DNA of 64,000 nucleotides from Octopus vulgaris (taxonomy: Eukaryota): contig OX597817.1 of NCBI GenBank assembly GCA_951406725.2, positions 36,332,001 through 36,396,000 on the forward strand, in the 5' to 3' direction. The notes under the pieces are model-generated. The model did no database searches, was not told the origin of the DNA, and was given only the letters and a program-made list of their open reading frames with translations. Below, in pieces: positions 12,888 through 26,199 of the stretch. The translations under genes were made by a program, and so were the position numbers. Numbering within the stretch: position 1 is the first letter of the stretch; each line of letters starts with the position of its first letter.

Positions 12888-14372
12888 TTTTTGCTAGAAT
12901 GGAACCGATATATCAATTCAATCTATACTCTTACAAACGCTACACCTTTAAAAAGAAATGGACTTGTTTGATTGGCCCTTTAGAAAAACACGGTCAATCT
13001 TCGAGCGATAAACAAAAAGGTCAAAAATATATGTATATATATATATAAAAAAAAAATTATAAAAAATTATAAAATCCGAGGAAAAAACCTTACATTGAAT
13101 AAAATACATATTGACGTTAATGAAGAAAGTATAAATTAATTCATAGGAATTAAACCTGTTATAAATATTACACTGCAATACATATTTTTATTAAAATGTG
13201 CATATATATATCAACATACACAAAAGGATGCGCGCCAACGCCATACATATACAGACGTATGAATATAAATCTAAATATACACATAAATGCATGTGTACAT
13301 ATATTCACACAAACCATCTCGCACGCAAGTTAAAAATCATGTATGTAGCGATTCTCATATACTGAGTAAGGGGGGGGACGAAAGAAAGGAAGAGAGAGAA
13401 AAAGGAACGAAGGAGGGGTGGGGAAAAAGACGAAATAAGAAAAAATTATGTATACAATCTGTGTAACGGCATTATTGGCATATATGGAGACAAGTATACA
13501 AACAAGTTCGAATGGATACATACACATACAGTCGTGTATATGTGTGCTTAAGCACAAACATACTCTCACTTACACATACACAGATACGCATGCTTACAAA
13601 TACATATCCTCGGCTATACACATACTTACATCAACATTCTAATTTTGACAACATTGCTTTTTTTACAAAAAACATTGCTTTTTTTTTAAAAGAATGGGTG
13701 CATTAATAAAAATATATACGAAAGACATATAAAATAAAATATAACACCCTATTTTGGATCATTTATAAATAATCAAGGTAATCCTATACAATACAATAAC
13801 CTGAAAACAGGGTCGAAGGTTTTTCCTGATGTATATGTAGAAACATAAGACTTTGCTATACGGATTAAGATCCGCATAGCTTGGAAACAAAATCCATCGG
13901 AGCGCTCATCGTTCAAGAGTCAAAATCAAAATTTCAAAAATCAAAAATACAAAATATATACTCTATCCATATGGTATATTTATATTCGACATTTTAAATT
14001 TAGCCGCGTGCCTACATAAGTTCATTAGCTCACTTCTTTGATTCAAAGAATTATTGTCTTTGAATAAGATGTACATTTTTTCTAATAGACAAAGTTTGCA
14101 CTTGAAATTATTTTTGTATGCTCCATGCCTGTATGGTGCCGCCCTGTCCAGAACATGTATTTTATTCAATGTAAGGTTTTTTCCTCGGATTTTATAATTT
14201 TTTATAAGTTTTTTTTATATATATATACATATATTTTTGACCTTTTTGTTTATCGCTCGAAGATTGACCGTTTTTTCTAAAGGGCCAATCAAACAAGTCC
14301 ATTTCTTTTTAAAGGTGTAGCGTTTGTAAGAGTCTAGATTTAATTGATATATCGGTTCCATTCTAGCAAAAA

Positions 14373-14410
14373 CTGTCTGATGAACGGCAACGAGAAACTC
14401 AGAGTAACAG
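14373..14410 (+). ncRNA. Minimal type I hammerhead ribozyme
   Basis: CTGT-CTGATGA-acgGCAAcga-GAAA-CTCAGAG-TA-ACAG; stem I CTGT/ACAG, near-palindromic stem III, GUA site. Confidence 0.75.
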
Positions 14411-14442
14411 ATTTTGTTGAATTTTCTGCTGCTTAAAATAAA

Positions 14443-14506
<64 letters not shown>

Positions 14507-14626
14507 GCATAGTAGTAATTGTACGCGGCTAAAGAAGGCTACTGACATACAAATTACATCTATTATGCATTGATATAAACCATCAGAGTAACAGATTTTG
14601 TTGAATTTTCTGCTGCTTAAAATAAA

Positions 14627-14674
<48 letters not shown>

Positions 14675-14742
14675 GCATAGTAGTAATTGTACGCGGCTGA
14701 AGAAGGCTACTGACATACAAATTACATCTATTATGCATTGAT
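14399..14742. repeat. Tandem duplication (about 160-175 bp) of the pseudo-LTR end, (TA)n and flank
   Basis: 14399-14574 is repeated at 14584-14742 with a different TA length. Confidence 0.9.
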
Positions 14743-14916
14743 ACATATGTACAGAAACATATGTACCGCTAAATCCTTTGCATCGTGTTTTTATTTTGAT
14801 AAATATACTCTATCACCTACACCACTAAACGGCATATACAGGTGCTTACAATTATCAAGTATTCACCCTGAACTTTTCATATACATGCATATATATACAC
14901 ACACATACACACACAC

Positions 14917-15010
<94 letters not shown>

Positions 15011-15229
15011 GTGCATATATTCATATGTATGTAGATAAACAGGAAAGTATATATGTATATATAAGGTTGTTTTTATGTTCAGTTATTAATAAAGACAATT
15101 TTCACATTAATCTGATGGGTTACTCGATATTCTCATACAAGAATGTTCTTCACAGTGACTTGAAAGTTTCAGCTAAGTTTCAGTCAGATCGTCCGACGAT
15201 GGGTTAGCTGAGCACTACATGATGGTCTC

Positions 15230-15518
15230 TCTCTCGTCGAAGACAACGCATGAGTGTTCAGCTATTGCCGAACGACTTGCAGAAACGATTTCTTTATAGT
15301 GATCAGATGTATGTATTGTACATTAGCTCACTCCCTCCATCAAATCGACGTTGTTTGAACCGGTGCACGGTGTACCACGCGTCAGGTGTCGAAGCTATCG
15401 CACAGCAACGTGATATGAAGTGTCTTACTCAAGAACACAAAACACCACCCAATCTAGGAATTGAAAACACGATCTCGCAATCGTCAGTGCGATACCTTAA
15501 CCAATAGGCCATGCGCCC
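15230..15518 (-). mobile_element. Decayed tRNA-derived SINE
   Basis: Head GGCGCATGGCCTATTGGTTAAGG and body TGTGTTCTTGAGTAAGACACTTCA, related to 46819-47065. Confidence 0.65.
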
Positions 15519-15520
15519 TG

Positions 15521-15586
<66 letters not shown>

Positions 15587-15588
<2 letters not shown>

Positions 15589-15950
15589 GAGAAAGTTGGT
15601 GTGTGAAACCACGTGGTTGAATATATAGAAAATAGTAAAAAGTGGAAAAACTACAGAAGGCTTGTTTTAAAGGTTAAAAAATATATATTTGAGTCATTAT
15701 GTCAGAAAAATGTTATAAATTTTTTCATACAGTGACATAGTTTTTGAAGAAATTACCGGTTTCGTGTTTAACTTTTCAAATTTCTCAAAACATTGTTATG
15801 ATTTTCGTTAAACACGAAACCGGTAATTTCTTCAAAAACTATGTCACTGTATGAAAAAAATTTATAACATTCTTCTGACATAATGACTCAAATATATATT
15901 TTTTAACCTTTTAAAACAAGCCTTCTGTAGTTTTTTCACTTTTTACTATT

Positions 15951-15960
<10 letters not shown>
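15587..15960. mobile_element. Fold-back Penelope-like pseudo-LTR in (TA)n
   Basis: Arms 15621-15772 and 15807-15960 are near-perfect; decayed hammerhead GAAAT-TTGAAAA..GAAA-CCGG-TA-ATTTC on the minus strand. Confidence 0.7.
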
Positions 15961-16028
<68 letters not shown>

Positions 16029-16121
16029 GTGTGTGTGTGTGCGTGTGTGTGTATATATGGATATATTTGTATATATTTATGTATATATAGTTTTATAAAT
16101 CAATATATATATATAAATATT

Positions 16122-17595
16122 TAGATGTTTTGCAAACAACTTGCACATGCAAGTGTTACCAGTCGAGAACTCTGCATATTGGAAACCAGCAAGTGTATGG
16201 GGTCATCAGGGGCGAATGCGCGCCGTTCGGGGCCAACCTCTCGACGGCATCAATGCACACCGGCCTCTTTACTAATATGAAGCCCTGCTTGCTAAATCAA
16301 CTGGTTATTAAATAAAGCTCACTATTTCTCTAGCCATTGCTCATCGTCTCTTTTTAACCAAGTCCAGTGGTTAGCCTTTTCCACTGTAGTTTGGATATTG
16401 GTCATAGTGTTATTACCTTACAAGGAGTTAGGCCTAACGATAACAACAGTCGTCTCACACTGTCCAACAAACCCTCTACATCCGACTTCGATTGGAAAAT
16501 GTTCCGCTTTCCAGCCTGTGTCATCACATTCCTGGAGGAGGTTTACGTAATGGTCAATCTTTCGAGCCCGAGAGGCGTCCCTGTTATCTTCACGAGGAAC
16601 CGTTTGCTCGACTAAATTCACAACCTTGTCTCCTTCACACCACATTAAAATGTCCGGTTTTGCGTAAATGGGATGGGAAAGAGTCTCTGACACCGTAGTT
16701 AATCTGTAGTCACCGCCCAACAACCATTTCACTTTTCATCGTTTACAGGAAGTCTGTTGTTCTTGAAACGGATCCGCTGTCTTGAGCGTTCGAATGTAAT
16801 GAAATCTCTAGTTGGTACTTTCAACGCTTTTTTTCACTGTTGTTGAGATCAATTTGGTTCTTTATAGTATTAAAGATAACCTTAAGGACCAAGTTGTGTC
16901 CCCATGTATAGCTGATCAATGCTAGTGAACAGTTGGAAAGATTATGTTTCAGTGTTCTGACCTTTGCGCATTTGCATATATCATTCTCTGAGACGTTCCA
17001 TCTTACTAGATTTGCAGGTGATGTCATCATACATCCTCATTATTTTGGTTATTTTGGAATGTGGAAGTGGTCCATGGCTCTCATCAGTAATTCGTGTGAC
17101 ACTGAGCCATAGGCATTAGCTAGGTCAGGCCATACCTCGTTCAGACTTCTTTCGTTCTGCTTGGCATCCTGGATAGCTTTCCAAATCGAAAAACAGTGTT
17201 CAACGCATCCAGAGATCCCAGGGATTTCAGCCATTTGAACAGATTCATCAACATATCCGATATTCTGTAAATATGTCACTGTTCTCGAGAGAATTTCCAT
17301 AAAGATCTTGCCTTCCATATTCAATAAGGATATCGGCCTAAACTGTTTTATAGTCTCTGCATTGGTCTCCTTCTGCCTTACACCAATCCTCTACTAGAGT
17401 CTCTTCGCGCCACAGCTGTCGGGGTAGGATAAAGAGCTTTAGCAGACAATTGCAATACTGTATACTTTATACGATACGCCATCACCTCCTGGGGCACTCT
17501 TTGCTCTAGCTTTTCTCACGAAATCAATCACCTCTTTCTCACTGATGTCCCCAGTTTTAAATTCGATATCAGGTTCTAAGAAATGCTTTAGCCTA
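16122..17595 (-). mobile_element. HERO-like non-LTR retrotransposon (RT plus restriction-like endonuclease), internally deleted
   Basis: FRPISLLNMEGKIF, GCVEH, DLANAYGSV.H, SPANL.RW..C.C..TL.H.L..C, KPDIL..E.TVP..RK..Y..FPIEVGCRGF; stops and frameshifts. Confidence 0.85.
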
Positions 17596-18239
17596 TGTTT
17601 CACTTACTATATTTCACTTCATATTTCGTTTTCCAAATTTTAATGTTCCGAGCATTAAATACAATTATGCATCATGGTATTTTCTAAAAGCTTGTTCGTT
17701 TATAAAGGTGATAAATATATAATGATTATTTAGCACAGAACTTGCTGAGATACCGACATGATCTCCATTAAGACAAAGCTCTACATTATGTCGCTATTTG
17801 GTATTCCATCAAATTGATCTCGCTACTATGACAAAAGTAGAGTATACACATCTCAGGAAATCCACTTCTTAGTATTAATGACAAAACGAATTGAAATCTG
17901 TTAGATACCTTACAAAGGTTAAACTTTAAGAGCGTCAATAATCTTTCAATGCAACTAACAATCCTAATGTTTCAAAATCATGGATTACTTTGTAAATAAC
18001 AATTCTATACATGTCACAAATATATTCTTCCTTACAAAATTACTCGTACATATAAACCTAGTCTACATGTATAAACGCAAACACCCTCTATGATTTCTTC
18101 AAAATACATTCGAGCATCTTTGTCTTGTGAAAGAATAGATGCCCATCAACCATTACTATAATTTATACATAAATTTTCTCTAACAATTCGAATATTACAA
18201 CGGTGGCTTCTATTCTTTTAAGTGTCTTTTAAACCCAAT

Positions 18240-18433
18240 CGTTACATTTCCCTTCCACCTTGGCGACAAATACAAGCACAAAGACACGCCACCCCCAGCA
18301 CACACACGGCATGGTCGATCCGGAGTTATAGTAGAAGACACTTGCCCAAGATGTTGCGCAGAGGGACTGAACCTGAAACCAAGCGACTGCAAAGCGAGCT
18401 TGTTACCCTCACAGTCGTGCATGCGCTACGCCA
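18240..18433 (-). mobile_element. Decayed SINE family A
   Basis: GGTTCAGTCCCTCTGCGCAACATCTTGGGCAAGTGTCTTCTACTATA on the minus strand. Confidence 0.7.
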
Positions 18434-18959
18434 TTTGTAATTTGTAAAATTGATTTCCAATTTAGTCACAACACTCCAATCACTTTGGGATGGTTTTGAA
18501 GTTAAAACCAACTCTAGTACTTGCTTCATACTCTGTTACATAGCCCCGGTAACGACGAGAGGAAAAGTGAATCTCAACGGGGCTTGAACTCACGATGTAG
18601 CTGACAAAATTGAATATGGATCATGACAAGGGCTGAGATAATTCTAAATTGCTTCCATCATTGACGAAGTCTACAGCCAGGGAATAGACGATGCATAAAC
18701 AATGAGCGAGCGATAACTTTTGTCTCTGGATTCTGTTGGATTTCAATGGTTCCGTGGCAAACAAGCATTTCATAAAAGCTGTTCGATATTTGGCATCGAG
18801 CCTTGTTGATTTCCTGCAGTTGCTTTTTTTTTATTGTTATTTTTGCTCTCTTCTTATTTTTATTATCTGGCAGAATGATTTTACGTTGGAAACATGTCAA
18901 CATGTTAGAGAGGATTACTGAATCAAGATCAAGAACAGCAACAAACGTAACAATGACAT

Positions 18960-19092
18960 ACCACCACCACCACCAACACCACCACCACCGCCGCCGCCTT
19001 TGCTACTGCTACTGCTACTGCTACTGCTGCTGCCGCTACTATTACTACTACTACTACTACTACTGCTACTGCTACTGCTGTTGCGGCCGCGT

Positions 19093-19132
<40 letters not shown>

Positions 19133-19168
19133 CACCACCACCACCACCACTACTACTACCACCACCAT

Positions 19169-19218
<50 letters not shown>

Positions 19219-19256
19219 ATGATAGTAATAATAATAATAATAATGATAATAATAAT
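18960..19256. repeat. Compound trinucleotide microsatellite (CAC/CTA/CTG/TAA)
   Basis: Directly visible. Confidence 0.95.
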
Positions 19257-19541
19257 GATTGTGGGATGAAGATAACGAGGGAGTTGAGAAGATATACAAA
19301 GATTGGAGGGAGTTCTTAATATTCATAATTAACATTAATTTTTTTGTTCTTCTTCATACGATCGGTCTTTATTGCAAAAAAAAAATCGATAATATTTCGT
19401 TCGAGATGATATCAGCAGCATGAATAGAATTCATATTAAAATGTGATGATGATGGTTCGCTTTCGAGTCTCATATCATATTCAATTTCGTATTTTTCTTT
19501 TCCTTTTTGCTGGTGGATGGCCTATCCCAATCAATGAATAG

Positions 19542-19583
19542 TTAATCATGCCTTAAGAAAAGAACTTATAGTGAAGGAATTTG
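19542..19583 (+). CDS. Candidate micro-exon (NHALRKELIVKEF)
   Basis: First AG after a long pyrimidine tract; donor TTG|gtatgt; phase 1 to 1. Confidence 0.3.
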
Positions 19584-19649
19584 GTATGTTGGTAAAATAC
19601 TTGCCTACCCAGTCACTCGGCTTAATATCAGATTTTATCTTGATTCTAG

Positions 19650-19687
19650 TCAATAAATTGAGATCGGAATTAGCAGCGAAGGAGATG
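19650..19687 (+). CDS. Candidate micro-exon (VNKLRSELAAKEM)
   Basis: Acceptor ttttatcttgattctag and donor ATG|gtgagg; phase-compatible with 19542-19583 across a 66-nt intron. Confidence 0.35.
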
Positions 19688-21274
19688 GTGAGGCTGAATT
19701 TGAAATTTGCGAATCATACAGGCGAATGACATCCCCGAATAATTCAATCAATCGAAGGAATATATACCCACATATATACTTGCATGAATACACAGACACA
19801 CATACGCGCACACATACATACAGGTATTGCAAATATTCTACCTTCTGCCTGTGAATATGCTCACTAATTATAGTCTTAAATATCATTCCCCTTCAGTGTT
19901 TCTTCTTCTTTTTTTTTTTTTTTTGGTCATATGCAATACATGCAGATCGTGTTTTGGAAAGACCTCATATAATTCTTAGAATTAAGTTTTTGAATTTTGT
20001 TAATACCATAGAGGATTTTGAAGAACTTTAGAATTAATTGATGTGATGATGTTAAACCTGCAGTTTCTGAGAACCAGGTCACCCTTGAGCAAGCACGATA
20101 AAATTATTCCAGCTGTGAGCGTTTCGTTTCTCCATCGGGTTGTGATATGATGCATAATTGGCTACTATTTCTAACAAACCGAACGACAACGTCGAGGTTG
20201 CCTTATTGGTTAATATTCAATATAGAAAACTAAATCCTGCGAGATGTGTATGGGGAATGTGCCTCAAGGCTGCGCCATAAAATAAGCGAAAAAAGATCAG
20301 GTCCAATAGAGAAGCTGCTAATAACTCTTCTATAAATACTGTGAAATTTAACTCCATTTTCCTCCGCTTTTATGTAATTTATGAATTCATTAAGCGAACC
20401 CTTCGTTATATAATCCCAAAACTTCATTCATAGATTATCAAAAGTATATTTGTTTTTATGAAATCACTGCATATTTATATTTTGGTTTCTCTGATATAAC
20501 ATCTTTAATGTGAATATTACATAACCTGTTTATTCAGCTCTTGGGAGTTATGCATCAATATTTTTTCCTTACATTTATGCTTTCGTGCTTTTATGTCAAT
20601 TCAAAAGCATTTACAAAATCAGTTCGACATCCGATTTAAAATTTATAGAGAATATTGATCTATTTTGCTTTGGCGCATCGTTAATCTCCGAAAGAGTGAG
20701 ATTCTGAGTCAGGTGGCTCGACAACAGTAAATATCTAATTATTTTATTAACAACGGAGGAGGATTGCAAAGCTGTGCCAGGCAACATGTGTACTTTAAAT
20801 GTAAACGTATGAAAGAGTAATGCAAGGCGTGTTGTTTGGCACTCTGCATTTTCTGTTATATTCAAATAACGTACATTAACTAATAACTGGTACTTTTAGA
20901 CAAATCTACATTTTAGGATGCTGTCATAATGTCTCCTTGTTCATGAGGTGAAATGGTTTTATGAGCAAATTTCACTTTGGGAGCTTAGTTTTTACTCTAA
21001 AGTATTTGTTTTTTTAACCATACTCTATGATGGTTATTGAATAATCAATTTAAGAGATCCTAGAATTTTAATGTTTTTTTTCCTTATATATTTTAAAATC
21101 GAAATAAAAAAAATAAATACGAAACGGTACGCGATAATATTTTAATTCAAGTGTAGTAAAAACAAAAGGCTATTGAAAGAATAAAAAAAATTCAATTTAG
21201 CCACATGTTAGAATACTTGTGAGATATCTATATATATATTTCCCGTTTATATGCTGAATCTGAAGAAAGGGTTA

Positions 21275-21565
21275 GGCTTAGGAGTGGCTATGTGGTAAGT
21301 AGCTTGCTTACCAACCACATGGTTCCGGGTTCATATATATATGTATGTGTGTGTATTTGTTTGTGTGTATGTTTGTCCCCCCGCCCCAACATCGCTTGAC
21401 AACCGATGCTGGTGTGTTTATGTCCCCGTAACATAGCGGTTCGGCAATAGACACTGATAGAATAAGTACTAGGCTTAAAAAGAATAAGTCCTGGGGTCGA
21501 TTTCTTCGACTAAAGGCTGTGCTCCAGCATAGCCGCAGTCAAATGACTGAAACTAGTAAAAGAGT
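21275..21565 (+). mobile_element. SINE family A, internally deleted
   Basis: Head plus 3' tail GCTCCAGCATAGCCGCAGTCAAATGACTGAAAC. Confidence 0.85.
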
Positions 21566-22049
21566 ATCTATGAACCTTTGAACACTGCAAATCAGATAAC
21601 TGTGATGCCTTTAAATGTTCTATTCGAATTGCTGAATGTCGACACTTGCAAAAAGGATGTAAGCAGGGAGCATATTTCAGAGAACTCATGTTCTGGCAGA
21701 GAAGCAATTGGCATATTGTTGACCATATAGCCAAAGACAATATCGAAGACAATGAAAGATGAAGAAAACAATAGTGGTTTAGGGAGGCATGAATTGGGGA
21801 TGTGCGATACGAGCCTGTTTCGAGGAACAGAGATCTTCATAGCGGCAATAGAGAGCTCCTAGATGCCAGAAGCTGCAGTATGTCTAATTGGTGTTATAAA
21901 TCTATTGAGCCTACTGGGGCTGCCTTGGATGCGATATACGATGTCTCTATATGTAACTGCAACTCGGTAGATGTTGGAGTTGTAATTCATTGCAGGCCTC
22001 ATTTGAGATTTGTTGAACATCAATGACAATCTGTTATCTTTTTATTTAG

Positions 22050-22658
22050 ATTCTTATTTCTTTACTGCCCACAAGGGGCTACACAGAGGGGACAAACAAG
22101 GACAGACGAAGGGACTAAATCGATTATATCGACTCCAGTGCGTAACTGGTACTTATTTAACTGACCCCGAAAGGATGAAAGGCAAAGATGACCTCGGCGG
22201 AATTTGAAATCAGAACGTAGCGGCAGACGAAATACCTATTTCTTTACTACCCATAAGGGGTTAAATACAGGGGGGAAGAACAAGGACAGCCAAACGGATT
22301 AAGTCGATTATATCGACCCCAGTGCGTAACTGATACTTATTTAATCGACCTCGAAACGATTAAAGGCAGAGTCGATCCCGGCGGTATTTGACACGAAATA
22401 CCTATTTCTTTACTACTCACAAGGGGATAAACCCAGAGGGGACAAACAAGGACAGACAAACGAATATATCGACCCCAGTGCGTAACTGGTACTTATTTAA
22501 TCAACCCCGAAAGTATGAAAGGCAAAGTCGACCTCGGCGGAATTTGAACTCAGAACGTAGCGGCAGACGAAATACCTATTTCTTTACTACCCACAAGGAG
22601 CTAAACACAGAGAAGACAAACAAGGACAGACAAAACGTTTCTGCCAGCTCGCCGCCTT
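22050..22658 (-). mobile_element. SINE family B tandem multimer (3-4 units)
   Basis: Repeated units joined at AAAGAAATAG|GTATTTCGT. Confidence 0.85.
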
Positions 22659-23522
22659 ATTGTTTAGCTTCTATTAATTCGATGTTACTTTGGACTATAT
22701 GCTTACACGAAGGCAGAAATATATTCTGTTGATTAATCAAATTTTTGTTAGAATCCTCTACCGAAGCAAGAAATACACCTCACTGTCTATTAATCATACG
22801 TATCGAACATAATATTCTTTCCCTCAACTGCCATCCAGCGATGTAACTAATCTAAAGCAGATGTGTCTCATCAAGGCATCGGTAGTCTTGTTATTTTGAA
22901 ATGACCGCATCTTGAACTATTGAGGCATGCTGCGATTCTACACTGATATGGATTAATTCATATTCGCTTAATCAGTTATATTTGTGAAAAAAAATAAGAA
23001 CAATACAAACAATTATATCTCAAATTATTAAACGATGTTTTCTGGAAGATCAATTGTTTGTTTGGCGAAGATGTTTATATATTATTTTATCTTTTATATT
23101 CACTTTGTGATATTCACATATTGAGATTCGATATGACACTAGAAGAGAGCCAAGTGATACAAATACAAAAAATATCTGAATATCTGAAAAATAAAAAAAT
23201 AACCTTTAGTGATTTCTTGCTCCAGTGAGCACTAAATCTTTTATAACAATGAAAAGAAGATAGAAAGTACAAGAGTTATGAGTATTAACTATAACGTTTG
23301 CTTTATACTTCGCTTTAGATAAGATTATTTATAAATTTCTACCAAACTGAAAGATGGGAAATAAAGTTATGAAAAAATATGTACGTTTTTTTTGAATTTC
23401 CGATAAATCAAATAGAATTGAATATAACTCACCATCTCTCAAAATAATATCTTTCATGAGACATATGCGCACAGTCATACAATATACAACAACATACCAA
23501 TATGTGTGTGTGTGTAAATATA

Positions 23523-23598
<76 letters not shown>

Positions 23599-24165
23599 TA
23601 TAAATAGATAGATATATAAATATACGTGTGTGTCCATAAATATATATCTCAGAATTGAAGAACTTAGTTGCGTATATATCCATGAAATGTGAGTTGGAAC
23701 ATCATGTCAAAATTATAAGGAAATCATTCATTATGCCGTACTATACTTTTTTACTATTGAGTTCTTCAATTCTAAATATCCTTGTCGTCACGCTATTCGT
23801 ACGCTCTCCCTACAACATTACTTTAGTTATTTAAACATTTTTGCGCTCCGTCTATTTAAATTCACTATTTACATTTCTCTCGCTATAGAAAACTGTTGTG
23901 ATACACCCGATAAGCCTTCATTATTAACCAATGAGAATTCAACCACACCACTGAGCGATCATGCGTTAGAAAAAGATATCCTAAAAAGGCTGAAGGTTTT
24001 TCACTCAATCTGTTTTCTTCTACAGGTTTATACTCTGAAGTGGGGTTTGTAATTTCTGTCTACAAATTGATTTCGTTGTGTGTTTTAATATTGTTTCACT
24101 TTTATTCTTTCGCTTTTAATTCTAATGTGATAAGACTATAATATTGTTTCCCTTTATGTGTGTGT

Positions 24166-25851
<1,686 letters not shown>

Positions 25852-25992
25852 TTAAGTTGCGAATAAGCCACCTTAATAATTTATCATTTTCACTTTTACC
25901 ATTTGTAGAATTACCTTCTGATTCCTACGATGTTTTCTATAAATCTATAAACTAACAAGATGAGTTAGCTTTAACCCCCGGGAACCGGGTGA

Positions 25993-26042
25993 GAGTCACT
26001 GATGAGGATTAATCAAATCCGAAATCCTCTATTATCTGGCTC
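25993..26042 (+). ncRNA. Type I hammerhead-like motif in a probable pseudo-LTR next to (TA)n
   Basis: GAGTCA-CTGATGA-GGATT/AATCC-GAAA..ATC-TGGCTC; stems I and II good, stem III eroded. Confidence 0.6.
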
Positions 26043-26199
26043 AGTCTCGCTTGCCGCAGGGAGCTTCTTTCACTGACAGCCATTTGATAAATGGGCATTT
26101 CAATTTTCATGTGACTTCATATGATTCACGTATACTGCATTTGACAACGGAACACGATCACACATAATACATATCCAATGTTCACTGTTGATTACAGTT

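Larger units (their letters stand above)
12746..14442 (-). mobile_element. 5'-truncated Penelope-like element with inverted partial pseudo-LTR
   Basis: ORF 13963-14169 has the PLE endonuclease C-terminal motif CKLCLLEK..LNQRSEL..CRH; near-identical inverted repeat of about 290 bp at 12817-13109 and 14155-14442. Confidence 0.85.

Noticed and set aside
2141-21860. Minus-strand multi-exon dynein heavy chain (DNHD1)-like gene built from ORFs at 2.2, 3.6, 6.4, 7.9, 8.4, 20.3, 20.7 and 21.7 kb
   Set aside because: Only faint motif resemblance; splice phases do not chain and the 20230-20427 ORF lacks usable splice sites
22050-22658. Regularly repeated units resembling a CRISPR array
   Set aside because: The units are whole SINE bodies with no unique spacers, there are no cas genes, and the context is eukaryotic
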